NCBI RefSeq assembly: GCF_006345805.1 | Contig: NC_042998.1 | Location: forward strand, 180,730,001 to 180,794,000 | Direction: 5' to 3' | DNA length: 64,000 nt | DNA from: Octopus sinensis | Lineage: Eukaryota | Shown: positions 36,959 to 51,407 of the stretch, one piece after another | Layout: each line of letters begins with the position of its first letter | How positions within the stretch are numbered: the stretch's first letter is position 1 | Program-made: the position numbers and the translations under genes | Notes under the pieces: generated by a model | Databases searched by the model: none | Seen by the model: the letters and a program-made list of their open reading frames with translations, nothing else | What the model was told of the DNA's origin: nothing

Positions 36959-37457
36959 GCTGTATGTATGTGTGTGTGTGTGCGTGCGTCTGTGTATGTA
37001 TGAATGAATGTATGTATTATATGTGTGCTAGAGTATGCATACAAAACACACTCGTATACAGACACATTTCTCTATATATATGCATATATATATATACGAG
37101 TATATGGCTACACATACATACACATAGAGTTACACACACGCACACATATGTAGTACGTATGCATACATGTATTTATATTGACCGCAACAAACGAAGCAAG
37201 GTAGCGATCTGTGAGAAAAGTGGCGGTATTTGTGAAGTTAATGAGTTCGAATATCTATGAATAATTCATCAAAGTAATAAAACGTTATAAGATAAAACAG
37301 AAATCAATAATAATAGGAAATAAACTAGTATTAAAAAGAAAATAAAAAAATAATAATCTAAAAATCATTCCTGATATTTTCGTCTTTAATATCTTGGTTT
37401 CTGTAAAAGTAAATGTCTGTTTTCTTCACTCTTCTTTACCTTTTCTTTTTTTTCCAG

Positions 37458-37581
37458 GAAAAAGTCAGAAGAACCAACACTAAAGAGCTTTAAGGCTGGA
37501 GATCGAAGTGTTGAAGATATTTACTTCTTTGTTAGAGATGTTAGATTTGAAAAGGTTCATGCTTTAGAAAATTTGGCATAA
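37458..37581 (+). CDS. Candidate host exon (KKSEEPTLKSFKAGDRSVEDIYFFVRDVRFEKVHALENLA*)
   Basis: Strong pyrimidine tract CTTTTCTTTTTTTTCCAG|; only one frame is open; protein-like composition. Could be terminal, or internal via AAG|GTTCAT. Confidence 0.5.
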
Positions 37582-37794
37582 ATGTTAGATTAGAAATAAA
37601 AAAAACAACCAAAGGACTATTTCAGTGCCGACATCAGCAATTTCTTTTTCGTTCGGTGTCATGGTCGTTGTACACTCGTTCGAAGACTAACGGTAGTTAG
37701 ATACAAGTCTATGTAAGTTACCATACCTTGTTTTGCCGTACCTTGATGATTGCCGTACTTAATTATTAGATAGCCAATTAACAATTCCGCTATC

Positions 37795-38130
37795 ATTGTC
37801 ATCGTTATCGTTATTTTCGTCATCATCATCATCATCATCTTCATCATCATCATCATCGTCATCATCATCATCTTCATCATCATCATCATCGTCATCATCA
37901 TCATCGTCATCATCATCATCATCGTCATCGTCATCATCATCATCGTCATCATCATCATCATCATCGTCGTTATCATCATCGTCATCATCCTCATCGTCAT
38001 CGTCATCGTCATCCTCATCATCATCATCATCGTCATCGTCATCGTCGTCATCATCGTCATCATCATCATCATCATTGACGCCGTCGTCGTCGTCGTCATT
38101 ATCATCATCACCATCACCATCATCAGCTTC
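37795..38130. repeat. (TCA/TCG)n trinucleotide microsatellite
   Basis: Direct inspection; source of the poly-D/S/M ORFs. Similar tracts at 40340-40620 and 40860-41190. Confidence 0.95.
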
Positions 38131-38379
38131 TACTAACGTCATTTTCAACATCTTCTAAACCCCCATAATAATAATAATTAAGACTCCTCATTCGATACAG
38201 GAAATATTTCGAGCATTGATGTGTTTTTTTGATCGACTGGAATACTGCTTGTAAATAGATTGGATAATATTGTTGCTGATGCTATTGCTACTGTTGTTGT
38301 TGTTGCTGCTGCTACTGCTACTGCTGCTGATGATGACGACGACGACGATGATGATGATGATGATACATATATATACATA

Positions 38380-38550
38380 GGCGCAGGAGTGGCTGTGTGG
38401 TAAGTAGCTTGCTAACCAGCCACGTGGTTCCGGGTTCAGTCCCACTGCGTGGCATCTTGGGCAAGTGTCTTCTGCTATAGCCCCGGGCCGACCAATGCCT
38501 TGTGAGTGGACTTGGTAGACGGAAACTGAAAGAAGCCTGTCGTATATATG

Positions 38551-38581
<31 letters not shown>

Positions 38582-38804
38582 TTGTGTGTCTGTGTTTGTC
38601 CCCCTAGCATTGCTTGACAACCGATGCTGGTGTGTTTACGTCCCCGTCACTTAGCGGTTCGGCAAAAGAGACCGATAGAATTATTTACTGGGCTTACAAA
38701 GAATAAGTCCCGGGGTCGATTTGCTCTCGACTAAAGGCGGTGCTCCAGCATGGCCGCAGTCAAATGACTGAAACAAGTAAAAGTGTAAAAGAGTAAAAGA
38801 GTAA
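38380..38804 (+). mobile_element. SINE family A, full length
   Basis: Matches 27227-27638. Confidence 0.92.
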
Positions 38805-39066
38805 TACATATGTACCTTATACAATATTCATTCGACTAACAGGCCATGATTTAATCTCACCAGCAGCAGGGTACAACCGTTAAAAAGTGGCTCACTCTGT
38901 TTTCCACCACTACGTCAACGGTCTCTGCTCTTACGAACTCTACGACTGGGTACTTGTCACTTGCTGTATCAAACCTCTCAAGCTCTACGTTAGTTAATTC
39001 CTTCTTTCTTCCTCGAACTGATTGCGATCCTTTAGAAATCTCCCCACGCCAACCATTTATTGACCT

Positions 39067-39292
39067 CGAGCTAGCAGAATCGTTAGCGCGCCGGGCGAAA
39101 TGCGTAGCCGTATTTCGTCTGCCGTTACATTCTGAGTTCAAATTCCGCCGAGGTCGACTTTGCCTTTCATCCTTTCGGGGTCGATGAATTAAGTACCAGT
39201 TATGCACTGGGGTCGATGTAATCGACTTAATCCGTTTGTCTATCCTTGTTTGTCCCCTCTGTGTTTAGCCCCTTGTGGGTAGTAAAGAAATA
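39067..39292 (+). mobile_element. SINE family B
   Basis: Matches the 19125-19360 unit. Confidence 0.9.
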
Positions 39293-39514
39293 TATAGATT
39301 TTCAAAACGAACAGCAATCGGGAGATTGTTAACGGGGAGAGGTGGCTGCCTGCACAAAAAGTGATGGGTATTGGCACCTCCTTACCTGACACCATTATAA
39401 TCATATCAACAACAACAATACCTTCGTTATTACTGCTGCTGCTGCTACTGCTGTTCCCCATCCTCCTCAGCCTCATCGTCATCCTCATCTTCTTCATACT
39501 ACTATTGCTACTAT

Positions 39515-39554
<40 letters not shown>

Positions 39555-39617
39555 GCTACTATTACTACTATTACTACTACTACTACTACAACTACTACTA
39601 CAACTACTACTACTACT

Positions 39618-39663
<46 letters not shown>

Positions 39664-40076
39664 TTACTGCTGAGTGAAATCACAAATGACATTTCATCCC
39701 TCGCGCGAAGTCTGCATGGATTCGCTCGTCCTGCTAGAAATAGAAGTCAAGTCTCCCTAGATTACACCTCGTTTTTATAATCATCTTAAGTATAGTCCGG
39801 AGTATTTAGTATTAACAGCAACAACAATAACAAGAAGACATGGATGGTCAATGATGGAATGTCTTTGATCATAGGTCTACTCGATCAGGTTTGCACTGGC
39901 GCTAGCAACAACATAAAGACTTCTAGCAACAACATAACTAACAAAGATGAACCTACTTGGTCACTCAACTTGCTAGAAATAACCAAATCCTTATACACAG
40001 TCTAAAAATTAGTAGTAAATATTAGATAATTTGGTTCTGGGCGCGATGTTTGTGGCTGGAATGTCTGGGGTGTTTT

Positions 40077-40115
<39 letters not shown>

Positions 40116-40892
40116 TATCTGCTGTATGAAAGTTGCTTTAGGGATGCAATTTAAGAACTATTATCTTCGATACCATCATCAAATCATATATTTTAGCGTG
40201 CAATGAGGAGGGAATGGCCTCATAGCTGCATGTTGTACATGAACTCAGGTTGCGAGGAGTCGGAAGTAGATATAACTATGTCGTATTTAATCCGACACCA
40301 GAGGGCAACATTTATCATTTACTCCTTTTGTACAGCATCAACTTCTTCATCACCATCATTTTCATCATCATCGTCATCTTCCTCTTCCTCCTCCTCCTCC
40401 TCATCATCATCATCAACGCCATCATCATTATCATCACCATCTTCATAATCATCATCACCATCATTATCATCGTCATCACCATCATTATCATCGTCATCAT
40501 TATCATCATCACTGTCATCATCATCATCGTCATCATCATAGTCATCATAGTCATTATCGTCACCATGACACCCTACCACCACCAATATCATAGTCAAGAT
40601 CATCATCACCACCACCTCTAATATCATAAACCATAGTAATCATAATCGTCATCATCCTAATCAGCAGCAGCAGCATCTTAATTACCATTAATTAGGAAGA
40701 ATGCAACCAGTAGTACAACATCTAACGTCATATTGTTGGCAATTTTCTCGCAATTAGTATTATATAAAACCTTTCTCTTTTACAATCTCTTCATCGTCTT
40801 CACTTTGTTGTTGTCGCCGTAGCCATAATCTGTTACCTTATTCTTCCTTCTAAACATTATCATGATCATCATCATCATCATCGTCGTCGTCG

Positions 40893-40923
<31 letters not shown>

Positions 40924-41685
40924 TTTCATCCTCATCATCTTCAACACCATCATCATCATCATCATCATCACCACCACCACAACCACCATCATCATCATCA
41001 ACATCATTATCATCATCATCATCATCATCATGCTACACAGTAGAAGTAGTAAGGACACCATCAACCCCGCTGCCGCTATCATCTTCATTACGCTCATCAC
41101 TACCTGCACCAACACCACCATCATTTTCTTGTACATCATCATCATCATCGACATCATTATCGTCATCAGCATCATCATCATCATCATCATCATTGACATT
41201 CCCCTTTACATCTTTCGACAATTACTCAAAGCAAGTCTCTGCCAAGCGTCATCTGCAGGATAATCACAGCATACAATGAATACAGAAACTGACGCCAACA
41301 ATACCAACACCAACATCAACATCAGCATCAACAACAACAGCAACACCAATACCAACACCGGCGCCATTTTTATCATTATTATCCTTGACTGGCCGAAAGG
41401 ATAAAATGATGAGGTCGCGGCCTGTAGGTCACAAGTTCACACCCCGCTGCCGGGACTGTATTGTGTCACCTAGTTAAAACACTTAATTCTTCTAGCCCCA
41501 GTCTACTTCAGATAGAAATTGGATGTCAGTCACTTAACTATTGGAACAGTGCTTCCTGAAGGGGTTCCAGGTCACGTGATGACATTCAGCCAATTTTTTT
41601 CTTTTTCCAGCGCTGTGTGTTGCTCTACTTTCTCTTCAACTGTGGATTTGCGTGTGTTTGAGCTCGCGCTCATATGTGTGTGGGA

Positions 41686-41724
<39 letters not shown>

Positions 41725-41731
<7 letters not shown>

Positions 41732-42080
41732 ATGTGTGTGTATGTGTGTGTGTGAATATGTATATGTGTATGGCTGCTGCATGTGCATTGTGTATATATG
41801 TGTATTTGCATGTGTGTATCTGTATGTACGTATGTGCGTGTGTTGTGCGTATGAATGTGTGAGTGCGTGTATCTGAGTGTGTGTGTGTGTATGTGTGTGT
41901 ATGTGTGTGTGTGTGTGCATGTGTGTGTATGTGTGAGTGAATATGTATATGTGCATGGCTGCTGCATGTGCATTGTGTATATATGTGTATTTGCAAGAGT
42001 GTGTCTGTATGTACGTATGTGCATGTGTTGTGCGTATGAATGTGTGAGTGCGTGTATCTGAGTGTGTGTGTGTATGTGCG

Positions 42081-42090
<10 letters not shown>
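41725..42090. repeat. Tandem duplication of a ~185-bp GT-rich unit
   Basis: GAATATGTATATGTG at 41754 and 41939; GGCTGCTGCATGTGCATTGTG occurs twice. Confidence 0.85.
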
Positions 42091-42113
<23 letters not shown>

Positions 42114-42644
42114 TTGCGTGTGTTTGTGCGTATGTGCATGTGAAAGTTTGTGATTGCGTCCAAGTACATGTGTAGATGTGTACGGCTGTAAGTGCTTATA
42201 TGTAAATGGATATCCGTGACTATGTTTTTGTACGCATATCTAGAGAGCCTGTGCATGTGGTGAATATATATGTACAGGTGTATATTTCTGGATGTGTATG
42301 CGCATGTATGTTTTGTATAACATGCCTATATAGGATGTAAATACGTATTTGTATATACGTGAGTCAGACGTACAAACGCTGTAAGTGTTTGTGTATTTGT
42401 GTCTATATGCACATATATGTGTGAAGAAGAAGCGGAGAAAATTACTTTGGGATATCTTGGCAATGCAATGCAATAATTTATTTAAAAAATGGCTACCTTG
42501 GAGCTCTCTTAGGATAGCATTTATTGTACAGGTATATTAGAGTACATGTATTTACCTATCAACTATCTACACCTGCAGTCATTTATCTACATGTATCAAT
42601 ACCCTGTTACTCACCTCTCTTTCTTTGTTTCTGTCTCTTTCCCA

Positions 42645-42682
<38 letters not shown>

Positions 42683-43207
42683 ATACGTGTGTGTATGTAG
42701 ATATGTAAGTATTCATGCACATGATATATAAACTTACATAAGTACGCAGGGGGACACATTCCTTCACAAATAATGCATAAGATATGAAATATAAAGATAT
42801 ATAAAATCTCTCTCTCTATATATATACATTAATGTACACGTATTTACATAATATGAAGTATGTTCATGAGCCGCGAGACTTTGCCGTTTTCACTGTCCAA
42901 AAATTATCTGGAAATCCATATCGATTAATATACACTAACTTTTACATATAGACATAACTTTTTTATAGCTCGCATGCTATGTACTGAATATTCACATGAA
43001 CAGCACAAACTAAACGCATGCACAGAACATACCCATTTCAGGCCTTAGAATATCTGATGATCACGAGTTACTGTTTCTCAGTAATAATATCACCGTTTAA
43101 TATCTAGTATTTATAAACCGGTGTTTCCCTTTCAGAAACCAGAAAATGCTTCAGCTCTACCCATTCACAAAATTCAGATACTATCCACGTTAAATTAGTG
43201 CTTGTGC

Positions 43208-43316
<109 letters not shown>

Positions 43317-43317
43317 C

Positions 43318-43361
<44 letters not shown>

Positions 43362-43362
<1 letters not shown>

Positions 43363-43540
43363 CGCTACGTCGAAGTCGACTCTCGGTTACTCGATGGATC
43401 AGTGTTCTCCAGCCAGGTCTATCTTGGGTCGCTTCTTTCAGATTGGCTATGGCCATTCCCGTGTCACTCCTGATGGTGTCAAGCCAGCGGGTTCTTGGTC
43501 GGCCTCTTCCCCTTTTGCCACTCATCATAAGATACAGTTA
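43362..43540 (-). mobile_element. RTE-clade LINE 3' end with (GATA)n tail
   Basis: SGKRGRGRPRTRWLDTIRSDTG...LKEATQDRPGWRTLIHRVTESRLRRSG* runs directly into (GATA)n. Confidence 0.88.
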
Positions 43541-44155
43541 TACTGCTTATCTAGGCCAACACGTCAATCCGCATTCCCCAAAAGACCACCTCCATAATTT
43601 AAAAGTCTAGTGAGTAAAACTATATTTAATGCTTGCAACATAAAAGTATAAAATGTATTAGACTTGTGAACAATGTACATTCATATACATATTTTGTAAT
43701 AATCAATATTATTAATGTTACATCAGTAATTACAGGAGAAATCTTCAGACTTGTTTGTGTTTGTAGATGACACTTCATAAAATTTCAATTTCACGAAATA
43801 TTATGTACATTTTAGTATGTTTACATTAGAATTCCCTTGATAATTCTTCACGGAGTTACGATAAGGCTGCACTTCAATGAAAGAGCTTTTGCAAACGAAT
43901 TTGTCTCACGTGTTTAGTCATAAAAAATTATATTGGTCGCCTGGAATACGTTATTTTCTTTTTATCACCAATTTGATCATAATTCAGCTTTTAAACGTTC
44001 AAATAATAATATATGATTTTAACTACTTAACCACACATACACAGACACAGACACACAGACACACACACACACGCACACGTATATATATTTATATATATGT
44101 AGATATACAAGCATGCAAACAGATCTATGTACACACATACATATACATGTACACA

Positions 44156-44194
<39 letters not shown>

Positions 44195-44913
44195 TATATC
44201 CCGAAAACTAATATCGATTAACCTTTCGAAATGCCATATCAACTTGCTTATCCAAATGTATATGCACTAACCAGGCTCGTTAGCTCTCGACAGGATACAA
44301 TTTCTGGAAGCTAAATAGCAAATATTGTTTTCGCAAGTCGGACTGTTCTCTATGGGAAAGCTCAAAAACATTACTATACTAAATTACTGCAGCATATGTG
44401 AACGCTAGTCTATAAGGAACAGATTTTTACGACTGGTAGCGGAAATGTTTGGAATAAAACACTCGTTGTCATTCAGTGTAAAGTTAATTACAAACCAAAC
44501 GGGAAAAAAAAAGATAAACATATCCAGTTAAAAACGGGAACAATTAAAATTGAAAGAACCTAAGTAAAGGTGCAGACATGGCTCTATGGTTATGAAGTTT
44601 GCTTTGCAATCACATGGTTTGCTGTTCAATCCCACTGCGTGGTATTTTAGTCGAGTGTGAACTACTATAGGTCTGGACCGACTAGTGCCTTCCAAGTGAA
44701 TTTGGTAGACGGAAATTCAGTGGAGCTCTTCGTATATATGTATATATATATATATATAATTGTCACATATTATATTTACAGATAAATTCCTCTATTTACA
44801 TAACATCGAGGTCTCTTTCATTCTTTTGTTGTCTTACCATTTCTATCAATACATACATACATACATACATACATACATACATACATACATACATACATAC
44901 GTACATACATATG

Positions 44914-44947
<34 letters not shown>

Positions 44948-45115
44948 TGTATGTATGTATGTATGTATGTATGAATGTATGTATGAATGAATGCATGTAT
45001 ATATATATGTATGTATGTATATGTATGTATGTATGTATGTACAATATTTGTTGTGTATAATTACTGATTGATGCCACTGATGGATTTACCTACAAGTCAA
45101 GATGTCTATATATAT

Positions 45116-45148
<33 letters not shown>

Positions 45149-45149
45149 G

Positions 45150-46520
45150 TATATAAGACCAGTTTCACACGACTCTATTTAATTGAACAATGCAAATATT
45201 ACATCAGTTTTAAAATGCTGAGCAATCTTCAGCTGCATAAAAATATAGAATTTAGTTAAATTCGAAAGATTCATTTGTATAGTTTTCTTATTATCTAAAA
45301 TCACAAAGAGGATAAGTAGATAGACAAAGAACATGTTTCATCAACAACATCATAGTTGTAACTGAGATTTTTTTCAAAGAAAGACACTGTTTATCATTGA
45401 TTTAATTTTGTTATTCAGATTTACTAATGGGGAGGGGTTAGTTCTAATTTATAGACTAGTTTATCAAGTCTAATAGAAACTAGAATCTATCCTTTATGGA
45501 TAGGGTAAAAAGACAATTTAAGTGTCAGAGTCATAAATCAATATTTCTTTGAAGTAAAACCATTTGGTTCTGTAAGATTATATTTCAGCCAAATTGAGGG
45601 AGAGTAAAACTTATAATACTTAACTATTTGAAAACCATAAAACCATAAATTCATTATTTTGTGAAGCTATCTCGCATTCATAACGTGTCTCAACATATAT
45701 GGCTATCTTTTGTATCTACTTTATGATGATTATTATTATCGCTACTTATGCTATCTTCTCGTTCTCATTAAAAAAAATTATTTGATTTTTCTGATTTAAC
45801 TGTTACACATTGGTAGATTGTGAAGAGCTTGTATTTAGATATATTAAGGTTATAATTACTCTTTTTGAAATGAAAATTACTAATGTTAGTTTCTTTCCTT
45901 ATTTTGTTGGCTTGGTGTACAGAATTATCAACATTTGTATTATTCTCTTTTATTCCGTTACCATCAAGTTGTTGGCTGTTATGAAGAGATGTGGGTATTT
46001 GCATTGGATTTTGCAATATTGCTTTCAATATTCTGCATACTCTCTATTCTCAATTTCACCCATTTTAGAGCTGTACAATCATTAAGGATAGCGAGTGATT
46101 TTACGGCATATTCTTGTTATAGTTATTCATTTTACAGACGTCAGGGTTTTCTATAATATCCGCAAGATTTGTTGTTGCAGAGTAAGAGAATTTGACTGTG
46201 TATTTATTAGAAATGCAGTGATACTTGTTGCTAAGAAGAAGGCTCTGGTTTCAAATATGAACGAAAATTTTAGACATATTTTTCTTAATGTTTTTGTTCC
46301 TTTTTTATTTTGTTTGTTTTTGTTTTGCATAAGGTGCTTTAAATAAAATTACATTTATTTTTCTCTTTTTAATCTTTCTGTTTTCCCTCTTCTGGTAGTG
46401 ATTTTATGCATTTCCTTTGTAGGTCTATTTGAAGAAGTGCTAGTATTTATATTAACTTATGTCAGAATTGATTAAAGTATTTCTTAGCTTAAGTTTTACA
46501 TTAGAATTTCTAATATTGGC
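45150..46520 (-). mobile_element. Decayed Penelope-like element (linker plus GIY-YIG plus 3' HHR relic)
   Basis: KINVILFKAPYAK and ISNKYTVKFSYSATTNLADII resemble PLE linker motifs; IYQCV..YVETRY; relic CUGAAGA...GAAACUGGUC at ~45152-45238 abutting (TA)n. Confidence 0.6.
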
Positions 46521-46549
46521 ATTATATTTGTCGCAGTGAGTGTACATAT

Positions 46550-46607
<58 letters not shown>

Positions 46608-47119
46608 TATATATATATATATATATATTAACTACATGTTTAGTTACATATTTAATCTCAAAAGATTTAGGTCTACTAATTCCATTTTTTTAGTTATATT
46701 TAATTTGACTAATAAAGTTGTTTTGTGTATTGGAATATCAGCATTCTGTTATTATTATGCTATTATGATGTTACATTATTCATAGATCTACTGCAAGTGA
46801 TATTATCATTGTTGTACGTCATACTAGATACGATTATACTAGTTACTATTGTTACTTATTTGTATATTTGCAATGCATTTATGTTTGGAATATCGAGTGG
46901 AGGAGTCGCGTGGTGTATTAATAAGTTATGTTTGCTTCGCAAGAACGAAATTTTACATTTGCCTCACTTAGAAACCCGCTACACAACCAGTATAGAATGA
47001 TTCACGTGGAGTTCTTTTTCAGTTAACTTTCAGTTTTTATATTATATAATCTTCACATTTATAATCATAAAAGCATTTGTTAACTATATACTTATATATA
47101 TATATATATATATATATAG

Positions 47120-47157
<38 letters not shown>

Positions 47158-47671
47158 GAGAGGGTGAGAGAAAGAGAGACTGATAGATAGACAGACAGTC
47201 AGACAGGCGTAACTGATGTTAAACGGACCTATAAATATGGCTGTGTTTATGCTTGTGTGTCAGTGTGTGTGTGTGTGTGAGATTCCTGCGTTCTGGCTAA
47301 AATAAATTGTATATTATGACCACTAATTTCGAGATACGGTCTGTAATTTTTACCCTCACAAAGTTAGAATCGAATTTAAAATTTAAGCCTTCGCCTTATC
47401 CAAAACGATGGTTTTTAGTGTTTTCGCTAAGATTATAATTCACAATTTGAAAAACTAAAATCTTGATATGCACATATACATGCATATACGTATTTACATA
47501 TAAGTGCGTAAGTGTTTTTGCTTATTTTGAGTGTCTTAATGTGTAGCTGTCTAAAAATTCCTGTGTGCGGGGGACGTGGGCGTGTGTTTGCGCGCAAGTG
47601 CGCACGTCTAAATGATTTTTCATCCTCCTCTCTTCGCACACATACACAATCTATCAACACTAAAGCCAATA

Positions 47672-47894
47672 CAGTAAACCCTCGACTATCGCGGGTGTTA
47701 CGTTCCACCACACACCCTGCGGTAGGTGAAAATCTGCATTGAAACACTACTCTACTGTATATTTTTTTTTAATTATTTTTATAATTTGTATATATTTATT
47801 TTACTATAAATGCAAATCAACATCACGGTGGAATCGACATAAGCTTAAATAATAAACCGCGATAGGTGAACCGCGATAAGGCGAGGGATTAATG
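47672..47894. mobile_element. pogo/Tigger-type MITE
   Basis: TA|CAGTAAACCCTCGACTATCGCG left TIR; right end CGCGATAAGGCGAGGGATTAATG approximates its reverse complement. Confidence 0.75.
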
Positions 47895-48894
47895 AACAAC
47901 AACTACCATTACCAACCAACCCACCCACCCACCAGCTCGGTAAAGACCAGACCAAAAACAAGTACAAGATTAGCAACTTCATCTAAAATATGAGACAATG
48001 ATATAAGCTATTGTGGTGCCCTAGTGTATTTTAAAAGTTGAATGAAATCTTTTTGATCTGAGATTAAAGAGGAAGAACTTGAGACTAAACAACAACAACA
48101 ACAACAACAATAATACAGTTATCAAAAACAATATGAACACCTCTACCATCAAATATACTCGCCGTCGTCACCATCACTTTCATCATCATCACTACCATTA
48201 CTAACGCCTACGTAAAACCAATACACTGCACACTACCACCACATTCTATCCACTAACTTTTTAATAACATACTCACAGCAGCAATATTAATATCAGCGCG
48301 ATAGCAATATCTGTAGCTATATGTTGTATGCTAACACAATTGAGTGTGTATATATGTGTGTATGTGCAACAGAGAGGGTAGATTGTGGAGGTGTTATTAT
48401 TTATGTCATAGTTGTAAATGGTGAAGTGCTCAGGTACCGAATAACCGTTCAAGTAGCTATAATCATTCAGTACTCACTTCCATCTCACTCTGTCGTGTCG
48501 CATTCTTAATTCCATTGTTATACCCATAAGAATAACACAAGTTTTTGGCTTTTATAAAACGTTGCTTTCTAGTCGCTACTTTTTTTTTTTACAATATTTG
48601 TTGTGTTTAATTACTGATTGATGCCACTGATGGAGTTACCTACAAGTCAAGATGTCTGGAAATATCCGTGAAATGGAACAAAAAGCAGTATGGCAAGAAG
48701 GAAACTTAAAAGAATTATACCGGATATTGAATTTGATATTTTTAAAAGGCTTGATATGGGAGATAATAGTAGCAATATGGGACAACAGAGAGAAAATCGA
48801 GTACTCAATATGATACTTTGTTAACTGCTCAGAGTATATTTTTCATGGACTTAGGATGATGCTTAAAATCGAACGCCTCTTCAGTGTATGCATA

Positions 48895-49189
48895 GACAAT
48901 AGTGGTTAGAGCAGCAGACTCGCGGTCGAGGGATCGCTGGTTCGAATCTCAGACCGGGCGATGTGTGTGTTTATGAGCGAAAACACCTAAACTCAACGCG
49001 GCTCCGGCAGAAGGTAATGGCGAAACTTCTGCTGACTCTTTCGCCACAACTTTCTCTCACTCTTTCCTCCTGCATCTTGCAGCTCATCTGCGACGGACCG
49101 GCGTCCCGTCCAGGTGGGGAACCTATACGTCAAGAAACCGGGAAACCGGCCCTTATGAGCCAGGCATGGCTCGAGAAGGAACAAACAAA
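48895..49189 (+). mobile_element. tRNA-derived SINE family C
   Basis: TAGTGGTTAGAGC A-box, GGTTCGAATC B-box, GGACCGGCGTCCCGTCCAGG body (V-domain-like by recall), (AACA)n tail. Confidence 0.85.
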
Positions 49190-49429
49190 TAGACAATAAG
49201 CCTCGATATAATGTGTAATAAGCAATATGATAATTGAAGAGGAGCCCAATATTTGTCTGAGTATTAGTAGAAAAATTAAAGTGAAATTTTTAATGAGTAA
49301 TATTTTCTTATTTCAAATGTTAAAGAAGCGTTTGAATCCACACGACACAAAAACGACTGGTGAAGCTATCACAACGAATACAAAGACTGTAACAGATTAA
49401 CCTCAGCAGTTGAGGAAAAGGATTACTGG

Positions 49430-49830
49430 AGTGGTGCTTCACACCAGAACAAATATACAATGTTCATAAAACCTTTTTCTGGAAGCGCATGCTTGCTAAA
49501 ATTTTTATTTTTCAAGAACAATCAACACCAGGTTTGAAAGTTTCCAAATGTCGTTTGATCATTTTTATGGGGAGAAAATGCCGCTGGTAGTATGAAATTA
49601 AAGCTTCTACTCATGCATCACTCCAAACATCCAAGGATTTTCAAGGATTACAGAAAATTTAAACGACCTCTGATTTGATATTCAAATATGAAGGCCAAAG
49701 ATGAAAAAGAAAAAGAGGTTACAAATCTTTTTTATCCTGCTTTACTGAGGTAAGGTGTCAAACTAGATATTTACAACACAGCGTTGCTCCTTTTAGACAA
49801 TGCACCAGGCTCCATCAATGATTCAAAAAG
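49430..49830 (+). mobile_element. pogo/Tigger transposase remnant
   Basis: LFWKRMLAK, PG(F)KVSKCRL, KLKLLLMHHSKHPR, LLLLDNAPG. Confidence 0.75.
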
Positions 49831-50948
49831 TGGCAATTAACTTCGAGTAATGAGCAGAACTCTGAAACAACTTTAAAAAGCAATTCATAGGGAAGCTAAA
49901 CCTACAGATTGATACAACTAGAAGAAATATTATGCATGCTGTGGATAACATAGCTGAGTATGAAGTAAAACAAACACATACGCTCCCACACAAAGGCACG
50001 CAACATACAGTCACACACATACATAAACACACATATATGTATATGTGTGCGCACGCTGCGAGCGCGTGAGTGAGACTATGTGTAAGGTTATGTTAAAGCA
50101 AGCTTAAGAATAACAACGGCACATTTACTGATAGTGTGACTATATAATGAGGTTAGAGTCAAATGTATTATAAAGATTAAGTTGACTGGGACTCCAAGTT
50201 TCTCCTATTCGCTTGTCCAGTCTGTATACATAGTTGTCCACCATTTATTTTACCAAGACTAGTGATATCATCAAAAGTTTGGTCTTTAATTATATGAAAT
50301 TAATATTATTACTTTAATAAAGAAGTCAAAATATGAAAATTTCCAGACGGAACATCCAAAGCTAATCAAACTAAATATAACTAAATATAATCGTTAAAAT
50401 ATCAGCGGCGACATTAAGTTCAAGGAATTGATTTCCACGAGTGTTTGAAGCTCACAAGTCTTTCGTTAATGAATAGAATATTTTTTTCAATATTTTTTCT
50501 TTCCCTTTCTTTTATTTTTATACAAGCCTTGATGTTTTTCCAACATCTTGCTCTTTACTCAGAATATTTATTATTATTACAGCAAATGAAATCTGTCTTA
50601 CGTTCCCGTCATATTAACACGATATTCAGAAATAGCATTTGATTTCTCACCAAAAGATTATTTTCATTTGTTGATCATGACGCATGTGCTAGTATGTACT
50701 GAATGAGATGTCAAAATTCACTAGACCACATGCAAAGTATTTCCTACGCTTTTTATGCGAATGTTCACTTCTTGAGAAAGTTTCTTGAGATTCAGTTCTT
50801 TATGAACCTCTAATGTCACACCAGTTGATTAGATTTTCTTCACGTGATATTATGGATTTTGGTATTAACCAAACAATTTAACAAGTTGTCAACACCACAG
50901 AGATCGCAGCACCAGAGCTTCACCTATTTGCTCCCTCTCTCACTCCGC

Positions 50949-50985
<37 letters not shown>

Positions 50986-51080
50986 TTATATCGCTTTCGG
51001 TACGAAGGCACATGTGAAAATGTACTGATATTTTAATATTTTATGCTATTTTCTTTTTGCCAATTCTTGCATTATTTTAG

Positions 51081-51407
51081 TCTTTTACTTGTTGCAGTCA
51101 TTTGACTGTGGTCATGGTGGAACGCCGCCTTAAAGGAATTATTCGTCGTAGAAATCGACCCCAGGGCTTATACTTTGTAAGCCTAGTACTTATTCTCTCT
51201 CTCTATATATATATATGAAAGAAGCCCGTCGTGTATATATATATATGAGGCGGGAGTTTTTCAGTTTCCATCCACCAAAACCACTCACAAGGCTTGGTCG
51301 ACTGAGGCTACAGTGGAAGCCACTTGCCCAAGTGCCACGCAGTAGGAATGGACCCGGAACCATGTAGTTGAGAAGCAAGCTTCTTACCACACAGCCCTGT
51401 CTGCGCC
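51081..51407 (-). mobile_element. SINE family A (internally deleted)
   Basis: Reverse complement of the family A head and tail. Confidence 0.8.

Noticed and set aside
41572-41675. MSASSNTRKSTVEEKVEQHTALEKEKNWLNVIT as a first exon
   Set aside because: It ends in TGA after 33 codons with no donor site, and it abuts a GT microsatellite.
48620-48690. CCACUGAUGG...GGAAA (shared with 45041-45107) as an HHR
   Set aside because: A9 is absent and the stems do not close; kept only as a dispersed repeat.
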